Below are positions 28,183 through 39,900 of a DNA stretch of 64,000 nucleotides, one piece after another (positions within the stretch are counted from its first letter, which is position 1; each line of letters opens with the position of its first letter). Source of the DNA: Zygnema circumcarinatum SAG 698-1b. Lineage: Eukaryota; Plantae; Zygnematophyceae. Position numbers and translations under genes: made by a program. The DNA lies in the NCBI GenBank assembly GCA_037447605.1, contig CM074811.1:3596001-3660000 (forward strand). The letters are read 5' to 3'. The notes below the pieces were generated by a model that did no database searches, was not told the origin of the DNA, and saw nothing but the letters and a program-made list of their open reading frames with translations.

Positions 28183-31100
28183 ATGGATGCGGAGCGCGCG
28201 TACTACCGCGTGCACGCGCGCCTCTCGAGGCTGCTGGCGCGCCTGCTCGCCCCGAGGATCCGCGCTGCGCTGGAGCATCTCTGCCTGCTCAACGCGCTCG
28301 TGCTGCTGGGAGTGCTGGTGTCCATGCATGTGCACTTCGTCGGCCAGGCAGGGAACTCTTCCTTCTTGCCAAAAGAACAATGGCGTGGATTAAGATTTTT
28401 TTATCGTGTTCTCTTCTTGTCTTTCCCTGCATTGAAACCCGTCGTTTGTCAAGCTGATAGGCAGCCCATGCAGCCGTTATTTCACTTCCATCGTATTTTG
28501 ACAGAATTTAACGTCTAAACACGCCTGTGGCTGTTATCTATGCGTAATCGGCATCACGTATGGTTCGGAGGGCAGCATTGACTCACCCTGGTTTTTGTTA
28601 TCATTTGTGTTGGCAGCCGGCCTGTGCGAAAAAACTTTCTTCTATTGATGTGCGAGAGACTCAATTGCTGCGTATTCAAGTAAGTGCTCGAAGTGCTCTT
28701 GGCTCACTGGAACCTGATTTGAGCGCCTCTTGAATTAGTGAGCCATCAAGTTCCAAGTTTCAGGCGCGGAAAGCCGAAGTAAGTTGAGGATTCTGCTGTT
28801 TCGTGCTTAATGGACTTGCAGGTGATAGGAATATGGGGGGAGTTAGCAGACGATTTTTATTCGAAGATGCGGGTAAATGTTTTGACGCTGCGGGATGTAC
28901 AAATGAAGGGGAAAGTAGCTCTGGAGAATCTGAGGCATTCGCTTATCGGGAATAATCTGGATGACATGGAATGGCCGATAGAAACACTTCATATAACAGA
29001 AGTATTGAGGCTTCCGCTCAGGCTCCTTACGATGTATAATCCATGGTTTAGTCTACTCTCAGAGTTTTGGGTCCAACGAGCCTCCAGAAGAAAAACAATA
29101 GCAGATACTCAGCAGCCTGCAGAAGAAATAGCGGAAGTTGGAGCAGATCACACTGGCATGGAGACATCAGATAAAACGAGGACTGGTGATTCAGGTGCTG
29201 CAGCTGTCACGGGCTTTGGACGAGGGCCTCTGACTGCTGCAGCTCTTCATTACTTCAAGTGGTGGTCAAAGAACTTGTCATCAAGGCTGAATACCCTCCA
29301 TACAATCCTGCGGACTCTATGGAAAGAGCTGGTATGGATGCAATCTTGGTTGGCCGAAGAAAGCAAACTTGTCATTGCAAGTTATATCGCTCAAGACAAG
29401 TCAGCTGGAGTTCATGGCTGGTTTGTGACATGACTTTGCATTACGTAATTCTATGTTGTAAGGTCCCCTTAAGCTGTCCGCATGTGCAATGTAGGCTGTT
29501 AGGAATCCTCTGCGATTGAACGGGGAATTTCTCGCATTATACCTTTCAAGTCAGCTTGACTGCCTGCAAATGTGGCCATCACAGGTCAATTTGAAGTTAT
29601 CAGCTACCATTAGAAAATGTATCAACTATGTTTTTTTTTCTTTCGTTGGAAAAGTCGTGGTCATGTGTAGATTTCTACTGGAAGTGCCTTTCTGGTTAAC
29701 TCGTTTTTTGTTGGAAATGTAGTTGTATTTTCAAGCAACTGTTTCTGTAGGAAAGTGACAGCACATCATCTTTTTCGTGTTCACGCAGACAGCAGGAGAA
29801 GTCGGGACGATCCCATCCGGCAAGCAGTCCAAGGGCCATGGTGCGCAATCCTTGTTTCTGTCGTTTCGTGAGGAGTTATTGCCTGTTGCCGTCATGCCTT
29901 TCCTGGCCTAGATGGCGGATACGTGGTCACACATGCGAATGTCTTTGTGGTCCTTATCTAGAAGTGGTCGGTCCCTTGCATGCTTTGTGTTGCATACTAA
30001 GCAAATGTATGGTATTTATGAGTGTTCTCATCTCGCTGCAGGCGTGCATGAGGACATCAGTAATCAATGGATTGCGAACCTTACCAATCCACTGTACCTT
30101 TACAGCCAGGAAAAGGTTAGTTCAATCTCATATTTAAGGGAAATATTTTGACATTTAAAGAGATCGTTAAGAATGTATTCGCATGCTGCTCTAGCCCATT
30201 ATTGCTGCCGAAAAGTGCGCTGACTTGCATACTTGTAGCCTCACACAAGAGCATGAGTCACAGGGAGGTGCTGCCTTGTTGAATGGGTCTAACACGGCGA
30301 GAGAGCCTTTTGATACGATGGTCAGAATTTTGTTGTTGCATTGCTGGCCAGACTTTCGCTCACTGTCTTTGCTTCATGTATGAATGGCCCTCTGCCTGTG
30401 ATTTCCTTTTCCAGACAGCTAATGGTTAGTAGGGGCCTTACTGCTGTTTGGTTGATGAGTCTACACGGCCACGTTCTCGCTGCATTCGCTGAAGAGAAGG
30501 GCCATATTTTTCTGAGATGTAGTGCTACCTTTGCAAACACCTTCTTCGAGTTCAATCATGAATTGTGAAAGGGTGTGCGATCAAACCTTTGAGTGGTGCT
30601 CCGAATCGCTGCAGGGCTACCTCACTCTGTCAGAGGGTGCCCGCAAACGAGCGCTGCTCAACACCGCCCGCGTAACGCTGTCTGCACACGACCCGTGCTT
30701 CGGGGGCAGGTCGGCAGTGCTTCTCCTTTCTGTTCATGCTTTCGGTGAAGGAGCACTCCGTTTGTGAAAACTTGTCAGTGCTTTGCAAAGTAAGCAACTC
30801 AAAGCAATCAACTAGCCGGTTGTAGCATTCTCCACCGAACAGTAGCTGGTAATGCTGGCATTGTTCCGGGCTTCAGGTGAATGACTATTTTAAGGATGAC
30901 TTTGTTTGATCGCTCTTCGTTGGGAAAGCGGTTTGGATGTAGTTATGTTACTGAGAGGGAAAAGGGAGGGAATGTCTGTTGGCAGGTGGCAGCGGTTGCT
31001 GATAGACAACGTGGTGGGGTACGACACCATTCTCATGAACAGTCTTCTCAGCGCGCAGGGGAGAGGTGAGGGGGGAGGTAGACAGCACCAAAGCCGGGAC

Positions 31101-34100
31101 GTACAATTTTTTTTCGCAAAAGCTTGACTCGTCAAAATCCCTTTTACTTTTCACTCGTTTTTGAGAAGTCCAACGAGTGAGTTGCAAGCAGCTCTCGTTC
31201 TGATACGGTCGTTTTGCTGTCCGAGACAGTGCAGGCTACCTCTACAACGTGCAGACAAAGGACATGTACAATCTCAATCACATGATTAAAAAGAAAGGAG
31301 CTCATCAAGATATTGAAGGTATCTCCAGATCTCCAAAATCAGGAAGGCCACTGAAGGCAATTGCCTGTATTGTTGCAGTCATTGTGAACATCAGAAAGAA
31401 AGTTTTCTGCTCTATACAGAGTTAGGGCATGTGAGACGAAGGATTGGATTCTAAGTTGAAGTTATTCGGCAGATATCTTGGAAGTGTTCCACTCTTCGCG
31501 TCGGAATTGAAGACAGCTCTAGGAGAGGGAAATATTGATGCTTCTCTGATTGGCTGCATGTAGGATGGAGAATCATGCATGGTCTTGGGGTGGCTTGACT
31601 GGCTGACCATGAGACTTGTTAGAGGGGCTCATGCCAGGGGCCGAATTTAATGGTGAGTATGTCCTCATTGTGGGCATTGCTGCAGAGTATCTGGTCTTTA
31701 AGTTCGGTGTTCTCATCATGTCACTCTTTGTTTATTTCACAACGACGATGTCAGTCTCCTTCACATTGAGGGAGACGCAGTCGCGCATGTTAAGGTTCAC
31801 AGGTGCGGCTCATCTACCCATAGTATTTCTCTGCATTCTTAGACTTTGGTTTTTATTGCAGCGGGAGACAGGACCATGCTGTTTTTCCATCCACCGGAGC
31901 TTTAAAGCATGTTGACTTGTGAGGATGTGATGGTTGCCCTTGAGACGAGCATTTTCACAATATGCTAAAGCATGTTCTGGACGGGATAACGATTCACATG
32001 TCAGCATAAAGCATGACCATCCTCTCAATGCTGTGTGGGAGGTGCAAAGTTATTCAGTGCATAGGGAGTTTGTTGTTGAGGTGGCTGCTTTGTGGAGAAA
32101 AGTAAGAGGACTGCGTGTGATGACGGTTCAGCCACTCTCTGCAACGGTCTGTGAACGCGGACAGGGTCCTCTTTCTTCGTCTCACAGCCACTCTCGCTGC
32201 TGGACTAGATCCCGTGCTCTGTTCCCTCTCTCTATTTTGTATGATGCGTTGGAGATTTGCTTAGGCCACTTTCAAACATTACTTAGCAATGGTTAGTCAG
32301 CTACCCTCCCACCGTTGCCCGCAGTGCAGCTGCAGCGGCACGCGCGGCAGCGGCTGCCAACGTTTCGGCTCATCTTCGTTCACGTTGTGGAGTCGCTAGT
32401 ATTCGTGCCGGTAAGCAATTCGCCAGGAGAGCTTTTCGGTTTGTTGTTACTGCGAATGCTGAGTTTCAGTCTTCTTCAAATGGACACACTGCAAAGGTAT
32501 TATTTTCTTAAGGGATACTTTTCCGCTTGGGATTCTCAACCGAGGCTGTTTGCGTGAAGCAGTTCCACGTGGGTCTTATTTGGAGACCTTGCATGCAGAT
32601 TATGATCGGCATTCTCTTCTTCCTCTTTGAGTTTTTTAACGACCAGCTGCTCGCGTTCCTTGTGCTCACCCTCGTGTGGCTATGCGAACTGTTCGCCATG
32701 ATCAGGTGCATTCTTGCTGGCAGTTTGCCCTTCTACTCCATGAATAATAGATCACCCAAATGAAGAGTTTCCTGTTGGGGTCTAAATGGAAGTTTCCATG
32801 TTCTTGAATAAGGTTCTGATATTCCGTTTCAGCGACCATGGTTATGCACAAATGTGTGAAAATTTTATGCTTTGTCAGGAGCCTCCAAATAGTTTCCAGC
32901 CATGTGTCTTCTCCAGACAAGGAATTACTTCTTACCACATCTTCCATAGTGTCGAGTGTTGCAGCCCAAATGGCATATGTTTGCCCCCAACCACTTGTAT
33001 ATTTCTATCTTGGACGGAGGCCCTTTGTCGGGCAGTAAAATCTCTCCTGTTACTTCTGACCATTGTGGGGCAGTTGGGCCGTACAGTGTCCGTACTCGCC
33101 TTTCCATGCTGTACTTCCCCCGCTTCTTCTTCCTTTACTTCATGGGCTTTCACATCTACTTCTTCACCTTCACTTATGGTAAGACTCTATGTCGTTTCTC
33201 TAGGATCGATTTTGTAACAAGGATCTGATCTTTACCTCGACCCCTGAGTAATTGTTCTCGTTCGGTTCTCTCAGTTCCCACCATGCAACGACCGCACAAA
33301 TCGGGCAGTAGAGTTTAGAAAAGCGCATGAATGTCTGCTACGTTGTTGTCTTGTTCGAATTTGTCGAGGGCTGAGTTGCCTTCTCAGTAAAATTTAACGC
33401 TTGTCTATCGTATGCCAACGGAAAGGTCCAGAACGGGCGACTTTTCCTGTGCAAAATTCCATATACTGAATACAAAGTGCAGCTAGGAAATCTTTCCATT
33501 ATTTGTGACATTTCACGGTCTTTCTAGACGTCTTCTGAATACGTTTTGGGCGCTGCTGCCATAGAAGAACATGAGTCTGCGTGAAACTTTGAAAACAAGG
33601 CCGCCTTTGTCCTTAACCGGACTCGTCACAGTTGTACAGCTTCTAGTTGGGATGCTTTCATGAATGTTGTGCCGGCCCATGTGCCCATACCCATCGAGAA
33701 TCCTGTTTGTGGCACGTGGCAGGCTTCTCGTACCTCGCATTTTTCACCATGGCTGCCTTCATGCAGCACGCTGTGCTTTTCTTTTGGAACCGAATGGAGG
33801 TGAGCCGCGGGGCAAAGCTCGCGAAGATTGAGTTTCCACCTTGGTTTTTTATTTGCTGGCAGACTGTTTCACGAGACTTTGGGGAGGATCAGCCAAAATC
33901 GCAGACTAGTTTTTTAACCATTTCAACGCGTGTGATCACTGCTCTGCCTATCCTAGAATTTCCTCGTGTATTTTCGTATCATTGATTACCCATGTCACAT
34001 TTTGTTTTCTCTGGACGATAGTGGTACATTCAGAAGCCGTATCCCAGAGCGTGAAGCATACATCACCAGTATTGGTTTCCTTGCAGTTTTCCAGTAGAAT

Positions 34101-35107
34101 GGCGAGTAATTCAATGCCTTTCAATGTCACTTAAATACTTCTTTTCGGAGCATGAAACTTATCACCTTGCACTAAATGTAAGTTGCAGTACATCCTAAAT
34201 GACAAAGCCAGCCTTTCCTTTCCCTTTTTTCTTAAAGCAACGCACCATATCCATGATTGGTCGTTACTTTCAGGTGCCGGCACTTCAACGCCTTTTGCAA
34301 AGACGTGCGCAGCAGCAGCAAGCTTCCCAGCCCACTCCCGCATTCTCTACTTTGGGGCTGCTCTCAGCACTGTCTCAAGCTTTGATAGGCCAAGAACAGG
34401 CTTCAGCAGGAATGCCTCTTGTGGCAGGGCAGCAAACCGCACTCGTCCTGCAGCGCTCAGGGAATGCTATCCTTGTCTCTGGTCCATCCGAAACCATCGA
34501 GATGCAGCGAGTTCGATGGGAGAGCGTTCCTGCACAGCAGCAAGGGAGAGGGATGCAGGAGGGGGGGGGGAGCCCATGGAGAGAGGAGAATATGCAGAGA
34601 GGCTGGTCTGCAAGGTGGGTAGGACTTAGAGCGAGCGAGGGTAGACTATCTAGACCGGGAGGTGCGGAGGTGCCTTCAGGAAGGGATGCCAATGCTCGAG
34701 AAGTTTTGAGAGAGGACAGACTCCGGACAGGGAGCTGGGCCGAGTTCGTAAGGCAAATGCGGAGCCGGCTGAGTGGGAGTTTTGCACGAGGTAGAAGTAT
34801 GAGCTTGTCCCTTGCAAGCAGTAGAAATAGGAGCGTGGATGGCAGTAATTCTGCAGGGGAAGGGACTCCCGTGGAAAGCAGAGCGGAGAATAGCGATATG
34901 AGGAATGTGCCGGCAGATGCAAGCCAATTACAGAGGCTTGATGCTGAAGCTGAAGCGCAGAACGAGGTGGAGGGTGTTGCGTCAAGTGAAGGGCCAGCAC
35001 CCTCCGTTGCTTGTGGCAGCGTCAGAGACGGGAGAGACGGAGTCAGTGAACAAAGCGCAGCGGAAGAGTGCAGGAGGGGGTCGTTGCCGGGGAGGGACAG
35101 GGGCTGA
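28183..35107 (+). CDS. Membralin (TMEM259-like) ER membrane protein
   Basis: MDAERAYYRVHARLS..MHVHFV; YSQEK/GYL; DPCFG; VGYDTILMN; GYLYNVQT; FTLRETQSRMLRF; HVVESLVFVPIMIGILFFLFEFFNDQLLAF; YFPRFFFLY; FFWNRME/VPAL; low-complexity tail to 35107. Confidence 0.92.
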
Positions 35108-35595
35108 GCGGCGCTTGCAGATTTTTTTTGGGCTTGTTGAATATGTAACTGTAATTAGCTGTTCATTGGAGAGATTGCAGGAGAGCGGAGAATAAGCGAG
35201 TGCGCGTACTTCCCTCTACGCAGGCGGAGGTGCAGGGAAGGAGCACCGCCCAGCTGTACATTCATGGCAATTTTTTTTTAAATACACCTTCAAGAGTGCT
35301 CCCACGGATGTGATCGATGGAAGTGTGGTGTGCCGCATGGCCTCAGTAGATTGTTGGCGGAAAATGTGTCAAAAATTCTGGAAGTTTTTTTTTTTTTTTT
35401 CAAAACGACAGTCTCTTACTAGAAATACTTGATCGGTTACCCAATTTCGATGGCACCTTTACCACCAAAAACCGAAGCGGCCTCCTGCTTCCCAATCATG
35501 CTGATTGTCACGCGGTAGGGACCATGTCTTTCTTCTCAGGCAGGCGAAGCAACGCTTTGTACATATCGTTCCGCATCTATTTTCAATAAACTTTC

Positions 35596-35642
35596 ACTCG
35601 GTCAGGAACCCGAACTCGGTCAGGAACCCGAACTCGGTCAGG
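35596..35642. repeat. 18-bp tandem repeat (2.6 copies)
   Basis: ACTCGGTCAGGAACCCGA twice, followed by ACTCGGTCAGG. Confidence 0.9.
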
Positions 35643-36914
35643 GTGCCCGCCCCTCGTTGGGTTCCATAGCAGGGGCTGTCTCCCGGACAACATCCGGCTG
35701 CAGTTTTCGTACACGGCAGCTGCAAAGGAGGGGTATTTCACTATGAGATTTTGGGATGTGGATAATTTTTTTTCCCTTAGAACTGCTTTCTACTCATTTT
35801 ATTAAGTTTGGTACCTCTTCATATAAGCTCGTGTTCAATTCGGATTTGCGTACAATCTTGGGACAAAAATATTTTTTCTCGAATCCAAATTAGATAAGAT
35901 TCACAAACGTTTTCCACAACAACAACTTAAGGGGAAAAAATAACAATTGGAAGGGGATGGGCAAAAAGGGCAATCCAATGTCAGACCTTCCGTTCAAAGG
36001 CATCCCATCTGCAGCGCGGATGATAGCGCTCTTTGAGGGAAAGAGAGACACACCAGCGCACAAGTGACCCTCATATGTCACAATTTAGATACCCGTATTA
36101 GTCGCCTTGACAAGGCCGACTCAAGCAGTTCCGCAGTGGCCCGAGGAGCACAGCCTGAAAAACACTGAAACAAAGGGACGGTTCTAAAATTACAGGCTAG
36201 CTCTGCAAAGGCCAGCCACTCTACACCAATGAGAGCGGTCGGAGCGGAGGCCACCACTTGTCCGAGAACGAGAAGTCAGCCGTGCACTGTACAGCACACG
36301 CATATAAACAAAGAGGCTGCTTTGCTTCTCCTCCGCGGCTTGAAAAGGGGTGACAGCCTCAATTTAACCGCCACTCAAATTGGCCCGAATCTGAATCTGA
36401 ATCCGAATCTGAATCGGAATCTGAATATGCAATGAAGCCAAATGTCAAATGCCGACACAAGAGTAATTACAGAGGGAAGGGCGGCAATACTTGTTTGCCG
36501 ATGGCGAGCAGACAGCGAGGAAGCCGAGTCGAATAAGTGGAGAGGGATTTTGGCTCAACTTGTGCGGCCAGCACTTTTGAAATTTTCGCGGCGTTTTCTC
36601 AGCGGAGAGATTGTCTTCTCCCTAGAGCTGCAGCGACCATCCAGCAGCTCATCTCCAGTGAGGATTGCCAGACCATGCCGAACTCAAGCTTCAATCACAA
36701 CTTTAAACAGAAAGGACATTCTGACTCCAAAGGTTCATTGGCAAGAGATTGGAGCAAAAACCATGATGTAAAGTGGACACTGCAATTCCCTTGACAGCAC
36801 ACGCGCAATAATAATAATAGTCCGTCTGCCCCATGCCTCCCGCTACAGCTTCAGTCCAGCCACATGCAGAACATCAATTCGCACCTCTTTTGTTATGTCG
36901 GAAGTGCATAGTAC

Positions 36915-39900
36915 TTACTCCGTGAGTTCCAAGTCGTCATCGATGTCTGGGAGAGGCATTTTCCAAAAGTTCCAATTGTTGAAGTCTTCCTGCAATCCAA
37001 AACCCGCACCCGTACTTAAGCAAAGTAACGATGTGGGGAGCAGTTCGCAGCAGGCTGCATGGGCTGCTGCATATAACTTTTATTAATTTTTCTTTACCTG
37101 ACTAAACCGTATCAATCGCAGAAAATCTTGGTGCTCAAGTCAATTAAGCATCTTTTTAAAAAGTTAATATTTTTACTTTTCTGTGCACACACTGACCCTT
37201 TCAGGATGGTCGTCGGTTGCCGTGTGAATCGCCGGGAAGATGTCGTGCACGAGAGAGTGCAGACTGCCGTACGACTTCACATCCACCATGTGCCGCACTG
37301 CCACCTCCCCCTGCACCGCCGAATTGCCAACACGTGAGCTCTCTCAGCCGCACCAATTTTGGGTTGCAATCCAAAACGCAAAGATCTAAAAGACGCTATT
37401 CATCTTCCCAAGCTACACCGTGGGATGTGAGGAGAAGCGCTACAGGATTTCTGCCACGAATGATCGTTCAATACGGACGGCAGAAACTTCCTCGCAACGC
37501 AATCAACGCATGTAATAATATGAGGCGCCATTTCAGCTTTACCTTGGGATTTATAATGAAGATTTTTCCTTTAGGAATGCCAACAGCCTCATAACTGATT
37601 TCATCTGTTTCTCGATTCCCAAAGCCGGCGTAGAATGGATTCCTATCAGCTGGAAACAATGCACGAATATCCTGCAGCACAGAGAAAGTAGCTCCTTCGT
37701 TCGTCAGATTGATGATGCTGGGAGCTTATCAAAAGTCAATAGGAAAAAGGTACCATTTCCTTTTCTCATTCTACCAAAGGATCTTCACGTCGTCCCCCAC
37801 CAATCTCAATTCCATTGGAAAAAACCAAGTAACCACGGGTCACAGGAACTAGGTTATTACGACCAAAACTACCGACCTTCTTATGAAGTCAACTGGAAGG
37901 GCGGTCCATGAGCCATTTCTAATGCAGTTCGCATGTTGACTAATCTTTCATTCGATACAAGGACATGTTTCAAACCACCAACACTTTGGCATGACCACGA
38001 ACACTCCAAAACTCCGACATGTATCTTTCTTATCCACTCTTTTTAGTCAGCTGGGCACATCATCGAGTCCGTGCCGGCCAATGTTGGGTGGCTCTCTTTT
38101 TGCTTACCGATAAACACGCGATCTTGAATTCGTGTGGGGCTCTTCGAATGACTGCAATCCCAATGTTCAGCATACGCGAAGACAGAAAAGATCAGCACTG
38201 TATGGCAGCTCGGGATACGGCCTGAAAGTAGCAGCGATCCTCGACTGCAAACATGTGTGAAAGAAGGAAGAGTTTCAAACTAAGGAAGAGTTAAAGGTAC
38301 CTTCGCGATAGAGGGAAGGGAAGAGGCCGTCCGGCGAAATAACAACAGGGCCTTCAGGCAGGCAGCTGCCGTCCTGTTCACCACAACGATTCCCTTCCTT
38401 TCAACAATTAGAATTTCAGTGAAAATAAACTGCACTTCCAGCAAGCACATATAGCTGGAAGCCGTTGAGTTCCCATTGGAACCCCTGCGCTGTTCACAAA
38501 ATTTAATAACAGAAAGCAAGGGAATCGTATGTCCATGTTCAAACTGTGTCCAAATCTTTCGACATCAAAACACGAATGGATGGACTTACCTGCTTGAGGT
38601 TGAACAAGAAGTTGCGTGTGAGGTAAGCCTGGGTGATCGCCCGAGCACTGAGGAACATGAGCTCATAGCCATTCTCCTGCAGCCCGCCTCATTCACAAAC
38701 ACTTTCCCACTCACAAGCTGCAGAAAACGCGGCTACCACAAAATTGAAAGCAGTGGTTTACCAATACACACGATCACTCTTCTTTCAGAGCCAACCTAAG
38801 GCTTAAACAAAACCATTACAACTGATCAGCTGATCAAGGTTACACCCACATTACGTCAAAGCAGGAGAGTGCTTTCTCAAGTAACTAGTAATAAAGCGCG
38901 CTGCTTCATGCGGCTTCCCTTCCACTCAGCTTTCATCCCATTTGTTCTACCCTGCAACTGCATTATGCAGGTCGAGCACATGGGTATTGGGGTCCCATAC
39001 CCGAATGGCCGAAAACAGGCGAGCAACTCCCGACTGCGTCCAGTCGCGGCCCATGAGCGGCATCACTTGCCCCAACACGTCCGATCTGAACCCTCCAAAC
39101 TCCCACTCCAGCGCCAGTCTTTAGGGTTTTTAGGGTTTTTAGGGTTTTTAAGGTTTTTAGGGTTTTTAGGGTTTTTAGGGTTTTTAGGGTTTTTAGGATT
39201 TTTAGGATTTTTAGGGTTTTTAGGGTTTTTAGGGTTTTTAGGGGTTTTAGAGTTTTTAGGGTCTTTAGGGTCTTTAGGGTCTTAGGGTTTTTAGTGTTTT
39301 TAAGGTTTTTAGGGTTTTTAGGGTTTTAGGGTTTTTAGGGTTTTTAGGGTCTTTAGGGTTTTTAGGGTTTTCAGGTTGGCAGGCAGTCTGACACTTTCTA
39401 GAGATCACCTCTCCCAAGCTTGAAGCTTCTCGTGTCACGATACACAGAACTTGCATGCAAGTTAGTACTTTACTGCTCCGCTGGAAGACGTTCGATTGCA
39501 ACGAAAAACTGCGCCTATGCAGCGGATGGACTGAAGCAGAGAGCGGCTGTCATAGCAAGCCGGTTCAGTTTGCGGAGTACTGACTTTGTGATGGTTCCGT
39601 CGACATCCGAGACAACCACGCGGGTATTCCATCTCCAAACATAGAGTGAGCACTCCACCTGCGGCCGCCAATTATGTTTCAGTTTACATGAACAACACCG
39701 GATGCACACAGAAAAACACCCGGATTCCCCTGCGGCCTAAGGAATAATAGCATAAGCTCAAGGGAAACTACATGGCCGACCTCGAAAGTATGAGTGTCGT
39801 CATTCTCGTCTATACTGAAGGACTTGCATTGACATCAAATCGCAAGGGGCGAGCCTACCAGACAGCTTTCTTCCCAAATGGGGAATGGCAACCGACTCAA

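Noticed and set aside
38869-39501. (FLG)n and (KNP/KTL)n repeat proteins
   Set aside because: Translations of the T5AG3 tract.
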